Shown here: piece after piece, positions 21,123 through 34,245 of the stretch
How positions within the stretch are numbered: position 1 is the first letter of the stretch
How the letters are laid out: every line of letters begins with the position of its first letter
Assembly (NCBI RefSeq): GCF_040938485.1
Contig: NW_027270983.1
Coordinates: 2,418,001-2,482,000, forward strand
Source: Diadema antillarum
Lineage: Eukaryota
Length of the DNA stretch: 64,000 nucleotides
Direction of reading: 5' to 3'
Translations under genes and position numbers: made by a program
The notes under the pieces: model-generated
The model's input: only the letters and a program-made list of their open reading frames with translations
Databases searched by the model: none
Told to the model about the DNA's origin: nothing

Positions 21123-22634
21123 TATCAATGTTCTGGTAAGGTCCTCCAGCACTGTTAATTCATATCACTTTGCATTACTTGCCAAGAATACTAACATTAT
21201 TTAATCTCACGAGGACTTTAAAACGCTGATTAATGCTTTACATATGCAAATAAATTAAGTTTTCAATGGTTGCATATAATGCATTTTACTAGAATGTTGG
21301 CCAAACAAATGTTATGCCTTTTAAACACTTTTTTTTTCACAAATTGATCATAATAGGCCTACTTGTATTGACAGAATGCTTTTAATTGAAGTGAAATTCA
21401 GCAAAGCTTTAGAGATTACAATCAACTCAAGGTTAACTTGAGAAATGATTATATTAACAATATTCACATATCCTATCAAAAGCAATATGAAGAATAGAAT
21501 TAAAAAACCCTCACATTTCAAAATTCCCGTGTTATTTCATATACTGCTCCGACATTATCATAACAAACTGTGATATTGCATGGGGAAATCGTGGCTCAAG
21601 TAGAATAACTGCGATTTTTATTCTTCAGAAACGTATTATGCGATCAGTCACTAAGTCCCTTTATCTAATTCCATCCGATCCCATATTTTATCAATTGAAA
21701 ACACTGACAGTTAATGATATACATACTTTTCGGACTTCAATCTCTGTGCAAAAATACACAATCATATAACCGTCTTCCTTGGTGGGTTTTCACTGCAAAC
21801 ACTCCAGTTCATTCGTACCCAACTCTTCAATCATCAGATTGTCACCTCGAAAATGAATCATCAAAGGCCAAAAATCATTAGAACATCACGGGGCAGACGT
21901 CCCGAATTCTCTGTCTCTAAATCTAAAATAGTGTTCATTATTGAATATTTAAAAAAAATAATCAAAAGATAATCCTAGATATCTCAATATTTCTCCGATA
22001 CTTGAAAATTCATGTCATAAGTTTTTGCTTTTATTTATTTAGAATAACGAGTTGAAGGTAATGAATCTGGCAGGAAGATTTTCTATCACCATATTTTTTA
22101 TTAGCCGTAGAGATTTTAGCGTGTTTTGTGAGAAAAGATCGCGTACCGATTGATTGTTTTTTCATTATTATTAGTCATGTTAATGATTGCTGACTGTGTA
22201 TTGTTTGCATACATTCGGGATGAACTTTTTTATCGTGTGAAATTATGGAAATCAAATAAAGATTATTTAAAAACAAATTATGTGTTCGTGCGTGTGTATA
22301 TGAGCGAATAAATGCATGTTTGTATGTATGTAGGCCTATGTGTGGCATTACATTGACATCTAATGTCCAGAGATACGTCAGAGCAGTGAAAAAATGCCAC
22401 CATGGGTCATCTTAAAGTATGTACTGTTTGATATCTGGCACTGTATCCGTATTATATATATCATAATAAGAATATGGCAGTCTGTGGACAGAGTTATTTT
22501 GGTATCTTTTCAGCGCGATTGGTTTCTCTCGTTCTATGCTTTCACAGATTGAGGGGTGTGTGCACTAATCCATGATATAGGCCTACATGAAAATTAGTAA
22601 ACTTGCCTATCAATGAGGACAATGAAGCATATAA

Positions 22635-23557
22635 TTCAATTCAATTCATCTATATTTCATTCTTCTTCTTTTTTCAACAAAACGTAACGCATAATAAATG
22701 TGGAATTACATCATAAACATAAACATTCAACTTTGCAAAAAATAAATGACACAGATAAACAAAAGAATGCATACTGGCAAAAAAGTACAAAGTTATGCTT
22801 TAGTTGAGAAAAAGAATTGAGAGGTCCACTAAAAAGCAAGCTTGTATGTTGTGAACCACTCAAAAAATGAACAAACTTATGAATTACTTATTTACAAATA
22901 CTTATCACAGATATAATATACGACAGAACGGAACAAGACGGGAGAAATACATAAGACATGACACGACTTGACAAAAAAGAGGGAAAGAATGGAGGGAGAG
23001 AAAGGAAAAAAAAAGAGAATGCCTACAGGCTGAACTAGGAAAATGGAACAGGGGGTGATTGAGAATGTGCTTCAGAGGGCTGGTACTGCACGCAGCTGTG
23101 CAAGGATTTGATGGCTATTACATAATAATCCACGTAATCCAATACGTAATAATGAAGTCAGTGATCGAAAGATTGGTGGATGGATGATGAACCCTGAGGT
23201 TGATGAGATCTAACTAATAAAGAAATATATCAGAGAGGATTTAACAGAAATGATTTCAACTTGCACTTAAAAGAATGCAAAGAAGTGGAATTTTTTATTT
23301 CACAGCTTAATGAATTCCCAAATCTAGGACCGGTGTACATAAATGTACTCTGAGCTTAAGGTTCTCAGGAGGGGCAAATGAAACCCATTAGATTGCCTAG
23401 TGGGATAATTATGAAAAAACTGGTTCCGTGGAAACATTGAATTAAAAATACTGGGAAGTGCATTTCCATTGTGATTAAACATAAACTGACCAAGCTGAAA
23501 AAAAATACAAATCGTTAATTTTCAAAATCTTATATTTGGTAAACAATGGCTCTGAAT
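22635..23557 (-). mobile_element. 5'-truncated Crack/L2-group LINE
   Basis: Minus-strand C-terminal remnant HNYPTRQSNGFHLPLLRT...YTGPRF.NSL, 3'UTR hairpin and (TGAAT)n tail at ~22635; absent from the paralogous sites upstream of D and E. Confidence 0.75.
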
Positions 23558-23774
23558 ATACCAGCCTCCCTTGAAACTTCTCCAGAATTATGAAATCTAT
23601 ACTAAGTGGCCCGCAGACGATAAAGCTAACAATAAATACAAAATACAAATATTTAATTTTCAAAATCTTATATTCAGTAAACAATGGCTCTGAATATACC
23701 AGCCTCCCTTGAAACTTCTCCAGAATTATGAAATCTACACTAAGTAGCCCGCAAACGATAAAGCTAACAATAAA
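23503..23774. repeat. 138-bp tandem duplication
   Basis: Units start at 23503 and 23641 and are near-identical. Confidence 0.9.
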
Positions 23775-23814
23775 ATGGACAGTGTAAGACGGCCAAACGC
23801 TATTTCCAAATATG

Positions 23815-23961
23815 GAATTGTCGTGGTGTTATGTGGAAGAAACTGGACCTTGATCGGGCACTTCTTCAGAATGCGAGCAGTTCGTGTACAACCCATTTGT
23901 GTAGATATACAAGCATTCGCAGAAGTGGAACACGCGAAGTCATTAATATCGACAGGTAAGC
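23815..23961 (+). promoter_or_regulatory. Putative promoter and non-coding first exon (~23914-23955) of copy C
   Basis: TGGACCTTGATC at 23844; CATTCGCAG...CGACAG|GTAAGC donor; acceptor at 26798. Confidence 0.6.
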
Positions 23962-25248
23962 TTTAGGACAGTTTAATAGAGAATAGCATGCTCATATTAT
24001 GCCTTTTAGGAGATTGATCTCGAATCTACAATTAAAAACAAGAGCCAACGTATAATCGGATTAAACATCGTATTCTTATTCGACGTGCGGAAAGGTAGGA
24101 CTGAATGCTATATCAGGTGAGAGCGTTTCCCGTGCACACACGCTTGCGCTTACATATGAAGTTACGTCTCTACTATTTTGGTCACATTCGTATCTTTTAC
24201 CCAATTACCCTTCTTACCTTTTTATATACTTACAATGGGTAAGTTCAAACCGCTGTATAGCTGAAAAGAATAGCATGCTATGTATATAGCCATTTGTACG
24301 TGGTTATTTTCAATGGGAGTTGCTGTAGAGTTGAGAGGTACTTTAGTTGTGTGTATATCATATCTATCATGACAAGGAAAACAGAGACAGCAATGTGACG
24401 AGCTTTCATTGCAGAAACTAAGCAGCATTTTGTCACTTTTCGACGTCACCTTGTAAAGAAGTCCCTCATTAAATTACCATGTTACATTGCTCACCACACA
24501 CCAATCCATATTTCGGGAATTTATTCATCGTTGTTAAAGCTATGATCATGACGATCATAAGATCAAATTCACGTTCTCTTCAGTCTATGTGTATAATGTG
24601 TGTACATAATGCGATCCATACCCTTTGGACTATTGTAAAATCTGTATTTCATGCTCTTGACTCGGATGATATGAAACTCGTATAAGTACCGAAAGGAGCT
24701 TAGTATGGTAACCTTTTGTTCGATTGCGCTTGAAGGTTTGGTACACATTTCTTGTTTTTCATCGCCATTGCACGAACTTTCGGGATAACGCATTTTCTTG
24801 AGTTCCTATTGTCCTGGGTAGTACATACTCATCCAGTTTTAGCAGGAATATGGAATGGAAACTAAAATGATGTCACCTTTCAGAATAAACTGATTGATTG
24901 TGTATTCACAACATCATCACATTAACCTGCATCAGCTGGTGATGTTACAGTTCGAGTGTACGTAGAATGTGCAGTGCACTTCAAATTCAATATCAAAATT
25001 TCCTACATTTTATTTTGTCTGTAATGTCACGTTTCATAAATACGTGTTTTTTTTTTAGATATTGATATTACAACGATTAAGATAAGTGTTGACTTAAAAT
25101 GATATGAACATGTTTATCTTCACTGTAAAGATAACTTAGCATTTTCATCCCTGACAAAGGGGGAGCAAGGCGAAAATTTGGATTTTACAATTAATGCATT
25201 TCTCTATCGTGTATGTGTTATGTTAATGAAATATGATATAATATAATA

Positions 25249-26732
25249 CAGGTTTTCCCGGTTACTTTCATACTTTTTCCATTCAAATTCATTAAACGTG
25301 CATTCAAATTCACACAGCGCACTCACGCAGAAATATTCGGGAATTCAAATTCAGAATCCGAACGATCAATTTCATCTATGGGCGCTCGATTTCGTTTTCG
25401 TGAAATCAAATTCACGATTGGGCGTTCAATTTTCAAATGCGAGCATTGCATTTCCTACTCGTGCATTCAAATTCACGCGATAGTCATGTGATAGTCCCGA
25501 TGAGCTTGTTTGGAGCGTTCGATTTCATTTTCAGGCGATCAAGTTCCTACTTCGTGGGATAAATTTAACGAGGAAAATGGAGTAGACTTTATAAGAAAGG
25601 AGAAATGGCATACACAACCAATGAATGCTTGTAAATAGTGTAATTATCATTGCTTAAAGGTTCTACATTGTTCACTGTTCATGAATTCTTTTTTTTTTTC
25701 ATCTAAAAGAATCTAAATTGTAAGGTCCAATCAGCAGTGCATCCAAACAACACAACGACAATCTAATCATATTTCTTGATGATACTGCATGCATGCTTAC
25801 AACGCCCAAACACTAACCACATAATGGTAATGCATCAATTTAAAGACAAACTGACACACAATGATCTCACATAGTCCCGCAAAAGTAAATCAAGAAGACG
25901 GCAATGCACGACAAACAAGATATAATGTTCATGTATCAGTTTCAATATAGTCGAAATTGTTGGGGTTTTTTTTTCCTCGAAAGTGTCAACCAACCCTCCG
26001 TATTATGCTCGTCTGTAGGCCTATATACAGTGCCTAATTTTTGTTTGTTTGTTTCATTTTCCATCAAAGATGATGGCTGGATAACCCATATTCACCTGCA
26101 ATAGCTGGTCTTCCATATGGGGCCCAGTTGGATGTTCTCTTCTTTGCGATGAATAATGAAGAGGGATCTTTTACGTGCATGAGTTGTGACTCTCCCAAAC
26201 ATGGGACCTCCCTTTTATGTCCAATCCGAGGGACATCTGCCTGTATATTCCTTTTTGCTAAGCGCGAGTTCAAAATTGTCAATGAACAGGTGGACCTCTG
26301 CTGCAAAATAAATAATCATCATAAATTCCAGTATATTCAAAGCCAAAAGAGAAACACATGCATACACGACCCCAAACTAACTAAATTCAGGACTTCTTTT
26401 AAATTGAATGCAGTTATTTGGAACATGGTTGCCTATTCACGAATTTGAATGACCGACGAGATTCCGTCGCCAGCTTGACATGAATTTGAATGCTTATTGA
26501 TGAAATGGGTGCTCCTCTCTTAAATTTGAATGCTCCGATAGTGAATTTGAATGTTCAGATAGTGAATTTTGAATGCTCCGACAGTGAATTTGAATGCTCG
26601 GATAGTGAATAGTGAATGACCGGATTTTGAATTTGATTGCCGATTCAGTGCTGCGAGCGTGGAATGCGTGAAATCGAATGCTCGGAATAGGAACTTGAAT
26701 GACAAAAGTATGACATTGACCGGGAAAACCTA
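25249..26732. mobile_element. Non-autonomous Tc1/mariner-type element carrying a SINE fragment (26038-26235)
   Basis: TA TSD, TIR (C/T)AGGTTTTCCCGGT(C/T)A..., subterminal GAATTTGAATGCTCCGA tandem repeats; second copy at 44256-45313. Confidence 0.8.
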
Positions 26733-26819
26733 TACTTTCCCCATCATTTTCAAAATCATCTTCGACATTCTCCCTTTTGTCCAGTTTGCGTGATACAGGA
26801 CTGACGGACACTGACCAGA

Positions 26820-28281
26820 ATGGCAGGAACGGAACCTTCACATGCTTTAGGTATGCACTTATATAAAGGGATATTACTTCCCAATGTTGTGCTGGATTCC
26901 AGTGTAGGAGCGCTGCAGACATTTGAAGTTCGCCCCGACGATATCTGGCTCTGCACCTATCCGAAATCAGGTATACGAATTTTGCGATTTCACTCCATTT
27001 TACCACCTAACACAATCATTGACAAATATGAAGAATGTAGGTATGTCAGGATAGTGACGCTATAATGACGAGTTTCATTTGTCTAGATCGGTGGTATCCA
27101 GCCAAGACTTATATATTTTTGCTATGCATTTTTCAGGATTATATGAAAATGTAGGTTCCCTCCACACACAATTTTATTTATCCGTCATGAGTGTACCCTT
27201 GAGAATAATGTCAATTGATTGTGTGCTATGTAAATGCTTTTGTATATACTGAACTTATAGCTTATAATTTTTGTGTCACTTTACATTGTCATTGATGGAT
27301 GTTTTAAACACAACACTGTATGATTTGTGTGGAAACGTAATAAATGAAATGGAAGTGAAATGAAATGAAAAATATAAAATGTTAATTTGACATTCTGGTA
27401 TCATTATGAACCATTTCTGGAGAGGCATCTGAACACGGACATCTTCATTGACGATAACTCATGCGCCCGAGTGATCAATCTCGTCAGCGAATTGATTCCT
27501 GGTCAGTCTCTCGCCAGATGAACCTTATTGAGGGATCATACGAGTGCATCCGGCCTGGTGACACCCGTTAAGAGCTGGATGGGTACCTGACTGCGTGAAT
27601 GGGTGGAGAAACCTTCCACATTTCAGGAGAGTGTATACACAGAGTGATATCCAGCGTGCGCCATTGATGCACTGCAATGAATCACAGTGATAATGGCTCA
27701 ATACGATATTGATCTTAAACAAAGAGGGATCGTGGGAAAAAAGGGTGACACCGATGACCGAAAGATCATTTTTTAAAGTCATATTCTTTTCAGGTGCACT
27801 GAACCATGCAAACGTCTATTAGGTTTTGATTTACTCTATATTGCAATGTGACTGAATTTCAATGAGTTTGACTTTCAGGGAGCAAATTTTTCAATTGTTT
27901 TCTTTTGCACATTGTAACGCTTATATGACTTATGTTCACTCATGCGTATATTTTGAACCTGAGTTCGCCTACCCAATTGAAAGACAAATAAATTACCTTG
28001 GATTTGATTTATAATTCATTAATTATTGTTAAAGACTTATAATATTGATGAGCTTGCTTCCAAAAGGCGCTAACTCCATTGAAAAATGATGGATTTAGCG
28101 TCTTTTGGAAGCAAGCTGTTCTTATGACGAAAGCTGAACTGAAAATATGCTTACTTTCTTCTTCTTCTTCTTCTTTTACTTTTGCTGCATCCTCATCAGT
28201 GCTTATTGTTAAAAAAAATGTATGATCAGTCAGGCGTTGAATTCTTTTTTATGTTGCCACAATATAATTTTCGTTGATTTA

Positions 28282-28312
<31 letters not shown>

Positions 28313-29654
28313 AATGATAATAATAATATATCAATTTATAAAGCGCAAAACCTATAGACATATATTCTTCTGCGCTGCAAAAGCTTCTGATGTGCTTGAT
28401 AATAACGAACAGTTAAATAAAAATACGTGTTTTGAGTCGTGATTTAAAGACTGCTACTGTTGGGGATTTCCGGACTTCTAATGGTAGATCATTCCAGACT
28501 TTGAGAGCTGCACAGGCAAATAATCTGTCTCCCAATGTTACTTTTGTTTTACATGTTGGAATCTGTAAAAGAAGAGTGTCCTTAGAACTGCGCAAATTAT
28601 GAGTATGTCGATGAGATTTAAACACTAATAATTCGGATATGTAACTGGGGGCTTGACCGATAAGTGACTTATACACAATCAACAAAATCTTAAACAATAT
28701 TCGTTTACGAATCGGAAGCCAGTGTAAATCTTTCAGAAGAGGAGTAATCCTTGAAAACCTAGGTTTGTTACAAATAAGCCTTGCACAGGAGTTTTGGACT
28801 CGCTGCAGGCGCCCAATTAAATATACATTTAATTCGAACCACAACAGAACCGAGGAAACATACGCGTCTACCTATAGCAGACAAACCTGGCGAAGACCTG
28901 AGGTCGAAAGTTTCTACCACCAGCCGGCATCGTGCGNNNNNNNNNNNNNNNNNNNNNNNNNNNNNNNNNNNNNNNNNNNNNNNNNNNNNNNNNNNNNNNN
29001 NNNNNNNNNNNNNNNNNNNNNNNNNNNNNNNNNNNNNNNNNNNNNNNNNNNNNNNNNNNNNNNNNNNNNNNNNNNCATGTGTGCGTATTAAACAATATTA
29101 GAAATTCAAAAATCCATTTAAAACATTACAAGAACGCTCACTTTTTATGTTCCTCTGAAACTCTTTGGTGCATCCTTTCGAAGGAACCCATTGGATGGGC
29201 GAGATTGTTGGTCTGATCCTCACCAAAGGGGTGCCAGAAAAGATCGACCGGTCACTCGCCACCAGTTGCGTGGAGATGATCGACATGAAGCAAAAGATGC
29301 CGGCTACTCGCGAGGAGGAGCTGAAGAATCCTATGGACCTTACTCCGTATATGGATAAGATTGCCGCGGCGCCGTCCCCGCGTCTCATCATTACCCACCT
29401 TCCTCTCCGTTTCTTACCACCAAAGCTGGAAGAAAGAGGAAGGGTACGTTAGGGGAGGTCCAGTCTGTCAATTAAGCTGTTTGTTTGTTTGTTTGTTTGT
29501 TTGTTTGATAATTTTCTGTCTGAAAGATGGCTGGATAGTCTATCATATTCAGCTACACTAAGCTGGTCTTCCATGAGGTCCAGTTGGATGTGAGGCGGGA
29601 CCACTTTACCGGGTTAAACACCCAACTCTTTGCGATGAATGAGTGAAGCCGGAT

Positions 29655-29688
<34 letters not shown>

Positions 29689-32600
29689 TGCATTAGTTGT
29701 CATTCTCTCACACACGGAACATCTATTTTATGTCAGTGTGTTTTACCTCTTGCTAGAGGGGACGGTAGGATTACACACCACGTTGCTCAGTGAGACTCGG
29801 GTTTCATTTAAATCTCAAAAGTCAATTTCTCAATATCTTATGATTTATTGTCGTATCCTGATCACTGGAAATGTTTACCTTTGTGCAGTCTTGATAAAAT
29901 CCCGTTCAGGTGACTAAACATATTTTTCGTTTGTTTTTGTTCTGTTTTGTTTTTGTTTTTGTTTTTTACCAAATAGTGACTAAGCTTTGTTACCTTGGGT
30001 GAATCATCACTATATAATTTTTATGTGCAGCGTGTAATTTCATCACATTATTGATATCTAACTTTCTTGTATGTTCCATCATTTTTTTGTTGTTGTTGAT
30101 TAGTAGTCTGTTGAACTCTTAGATTATTCATCATTACTTTAGATCCCTGCACGATCCAAAAGGACCACGGTTCGATTCCCGGGTCCCACTGAGCAACGTT
30201 GTGTCAAATAACCCCCCCCCCCCCCTCTAGTGAGAGGCAAAAACACTCTGTCCCTCGGATAGGACATAAAATGGAGGTCCCATGTATGAGAGAGTCACAA
30301 CTCATGCACGTAAAAGACCCCCATTTCATTTATTCATCGCGAAGAGCAGGGTCTTTACCCGGTGAAGTGGTCTCACCTGTCACCCAAATGGACTCTATGG
30401 CAAACTTGCTATTGCAGCTAAATATGGGCTATCCAGTCATCTTCTCAGACGTTACTGAAACAAACAAACAAAATATATGTATTTGATTTTTATACATTTG
30501 TTTATGTTCATATTTTTTGTTTAACTTCTCTCTTGAAATAACGTAGAATTTTCAAATATTGTGTAATGTGGGATATAGAACAATTAATGAAAAAGAACTG
30601 CCTTTCGCAGCATAAAAGGAAAATGTATTTTATGATCGTTCATGGAATTGCAAATGTGGCAGAATAAATCTTCAGACGCTTTTTGTTATTATTCACAGGT
30701 TATCTACGTGGCTCGGAACCCGAAGGATGTCCTCAACTCACTCAGCAGCATGATGGTGAAGGGTAATATCGACCCAAACACGCCAACGGACGCAAGATGG
30801 ACGTTCTTGCTGAGTTCATTCATGGAAGACAGTAAGTTTTAACATGGTGTTTCTGCCGGGCAACTTTGTAAGATGGCAACCAATGACGTTTGCTGCCCTT
30901 TCGCCATCTCCTTCTTCAAAAATCTATATAGCATTACACTCAAGCTAAGTCTGTCAGTGCATCAACTAAATACAGTTGGTTTGACACACTTTATCACGAT
31001 TGTCCTTCTGGAAACTTGTTATATCTTGGTTAAGAATGATTTGAACACACTGCATGGAGATCGTCGTTATAACAATCCTCTCCAACGGCTTATAAACGCT
31101 GGCCTAATTCAAAGAAATCTGTGATCTTCCTATTTTGTCATAATTTCGAAGTTATGCACTATCAGACGAAAGGCGTTATAGTTGCTGATTTTTCAATCAA
31201 AACAGGATTCATACAATCTGTACAATTCAATTTAATTCAATTCAAAGTTTATTTCATATTTCGACAAAAAATATAAGTTACATTTCTTTTGACAACAGAA
31301 TAAGGTAAACAGAACATTATCAATTGAAAAGAATGTACAACAATAATTGATTACCTTATAGTACTTATACATTGTAGTAAAATAGAAACAGAAGTGATCG
31401 AAATGAAGTACATGTATAACTTCGCTTAAAATGCGAAAAATGGAGAGACCCACTAAAAAAAACACAGAGCTTGTAGAATGTGGGCCCCTCTTTGACAATT
31501 ATAATGATGATGGTAATAAGAAAGACATACATACATTTATATTTATCTATAAATTCATTTGTTAAGACATATGTGCGTGTATTGTAAATAAAATAGAAAT
31601 GTTCTAATGTTATCACTACTTTACAAAATAAAAATTCAACCACATCAAGTTTGCTTTACTGATATATGACATACATTACATCGACACTTTCTATTATCAT
31701 TTAATTCATAATGTCTTTATCCTATAGCATATTATGGCTAGAAATAATTATGATAGTAACGGCAGTAGGCCCTACCTCAAAACGTTTACCCTTACCAAAG
31801 ATATCAATGGTTAAAGTTATCTTACTTTAGTTAGGTTTGAAAAAGAACCATTTATTCCTGGTGACTACTATTACAATGTCTGTTTTGTTTTTTTCTAATT
31901 TTTCTTTCTTGTGCTGCAGAAGCCCATTTTGGACCCTGGCGTGAACACGTCAGGGAGTTCTGGAAAATCAGGGGAAAGAAAAATGCTGGGTTTTTCTTTT
32001 ATGAGAGTATGAAAAAGGTAGAAAAACAACTCGATCACTGTCATGTCTCATTAAATCCTCAAAAATTTAGCACATCCCCGAATTGTACCTTCAAATTATT
32101 TTTCTTTATCGTAAATGTACCGTGTAATTTGTATTAACGATTGTCAGTATTTTGTATTCATCAAGTTTATCAATTATTTTTCTAAAATCTTATTGGGTTT
32201 TTTTTTCAGAATAAAAATGCATTTGTTTGTATATTACGCTTGCCATGAAATTGCGGAAATACACAAATATCAAATCAAAATCAAATCAAATCATATCAAT
32301 TGGCGAGGAAACTGTGACCAACAACTAACAACGGAAATATTTACTCCGATGGTGTAGATAGAGCCTAATCAAAGTGCAAAACAATCACAAGCGAAGTGTT
32401 AATTGCGCGGAATAAATTTTGGACGATATTTAGTTATATACACGTATTACGTTTTCAGTGATCCACGTTTAATAAGACTTGCTTTTCAGTTGATTGCTTT
32501 TTCCATCGTTATACATACTTTTCTGTCAAACATGGAAAGTATGCATTCCAGTTCTGTTTATTTCACTAAATTGCACATTCGTTTGATGTTAAGCTCATGA

Positions 32601-34245
32601 TCTACACTGCAATATGTATTTCGTAAAAATTGAGGGAAAAAATAACGGTTTGTGTAATATATGATCTGGATTTTGTTTTACTATTTGGTTTGATGCAAAT
32701 GAACAAATATTGAATTGATTTCAATTGAATGGAAGCATCCAGTGTGGAACATAAGTATGATACTCCACACTTTATTAAGTTCAAATCTTTCTCATGTTCC
32801 ATCCTTGAAAAAAAAAGTATTCTACCGTATTCATGGCCCTTGTAGAAGTAGGCGTAGATATATGGCGTATACATTCGAGCAACATAGAGGATGAGCTACC
32901 AAATAGCGAACACCACAATTTCAAATTGTACCCACAAGTATGATATATTACTTCCCACTGTGGCAGTTTGGAATCTACCTATGATGCAATTAATCTTGAA
33001 ATAAAGGGATGGCAGCCATCAAACAAACAGTCAACTTCACCATGCTTACTATGTGTACCCTGTCACGACAAAACGTCATCTATTTTCTCGCTTTTTGTAT
33101 GTTTAGTTTGATCTGATTTGATACAGTACAGTGATTCTATAGACGAAAAAAGACAATAATTGAGGTCATGCAGCAATGTGTTCATTTCGCAAATAGGATC
33201 CAGTGGGCAGTGTCCGAGACGTGGCCAATCTTCTCGGCGTTGATCTGACTGCGGAGGAGCTTCAGAAGGTGGTAGAGCACAGCTCGTTCAAAGGAATGAG
33301 TAAGACGTACGCCACCGGTGAGGCTAGCGCGAAAGAAGGCAACAAGGACTTCTTTGAACAGATCAAAACTTTGCCATTCTTGGGCAAAGGTAAGCCAGGA
33401 CCCCCCGTTACTGCTATTTCCCTAACCTTATTCTTATCACCTCCTATGGTGTGGCAGAGTGGATAAGACTCCCGTCTCCCAATCGGAGGACCACAGTTCG
33501 ATTCCTGCCCAGTGCTCCCTGGACATGATGTTTTTACCCACTATGTCCCCCTCGACCCAGATGTATAAATTGGTATGTGGCAGCGCTATAGGGTAATAAT
33601 GGCATGGCCCTCTGGTAGGACAGTACCAACACTGAAGAGGCTACCCTGGATAAAGGAGATCTTATCATTATCTCCCCCTTCTCTAAGGTGTTGACCACTT
33701 CGTCTTTTACCCTTTACTTGACATTCCGCTTGTCTTTTCCCTTTCCTAATATCATTTTTCTTTCATGTACTTGATCCTTTGTTTTCACCTTATTCTCTTC
33801 CATGTTTATTGATTGTCACCTCTTAAAGTTGTTTATTATTTCTCCCTTTTTTTTTCTGATTTTCCTCCTCCCCTTTTACTTCATTTCAAATAAAACAAAA
33901 CCCCTCTAAACAGAATCAATCTTCCATGATGCTCATTCTTCTCCTGTATATCTCTATTGTACTTTGATTTGATGTTTTCATTTAATTTTATCATCATCTC
34001 TCAAATTTCGAAATTTTCTAGTCTTGTTATGAATTACATGAAAATTTAAAATTTTTCAAATGCTGCATTTGTAAATCACTCATGCTCTTTGGAATCCACT
34101 CTTGACAAATTGTATTATTTTCGTTATTCTTGCAGGCTATGCTGGTCAGTGGAAGGATCGCTTCACCGTGGCCCAGAACGAGATCTTTGACAAATTTTAC
34201 AATGAAAAGATGACAGCAGAAGACCCTACGTTTGAGTTTGAATGA
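26820..34245 (+). CDS. SULT: Cytosolic sulfotransferase copy C, 314 aa; exons 26820-26970, 29184-29443, 30699-30831, 31920-32017, 33197-33389, 34136-34245
   Basis: GT-AG introns; 945 nt open frame; same motifs as B; exon 3 is 9 nt longer. Confidence 0.95.
28050..28118. repeat. ~70-bp palindromic mini-element (family of 5 in the window)
   Basis: 30-bp arms with 27/30 match around the loop TGAAAAATG; other copies at 42768-42837, 46494-46565 and half copies at 41310-41353, 46220-46263. Confidence 0.8.
28287..28820 (-). mobile_element. 5'-truncated L2 LINE
   Basis: RLQRVQNSCARL...LHWLPIRKRILFK...VWNDLP (classic L2 ORF2 C-terminus) and a 3' end GCGCTTTATAAAT + (TAT)n. Confidence 0.88.
28937..29075. 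other. Assembly gap (139 N)
   Basis: N run. Confidence 1.
29478..29805 (-). mobile_element. Deu-like SINE with an internal (TG)n expansion
   Basis: (GTTT)n tail and family core on the minus strand. Confidence 0.75.
30148..30476 (+). mobile_element. Deu-like SINE (paralogous to 12114)
   Basis: B box and family core; same intron position as in copy B. Confidence 0.78.
31228..31492 (-). mobile_element. LINE 3'UTR fragment (same family as 22635 and 36830)
   Basis: Shared GAGGGGCCCACATTCTACAAGCTCTG...TTAGTGGGTCTCTC hairpin and (TGAAT)n tail. Confidence 0.65.
33445..33670 (+). mobile_element. tRNA-derived SINE, second family
   Basis: A box GTGGCAGAGTGG, B box AGTTCGATTCC, central CCCCTCGACCCAGATGTATAAAT (Meta/CORE-like domain); absent from intron 5 of B and D. 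Confidence 0.7.

Noticed and set aside
26510-26620. CRISPR-like short repeat array
   Set aside because: The units are subterminal tandem repeats of a TA-flanked transposon, with no unique spacers, in a eukaryotic context.
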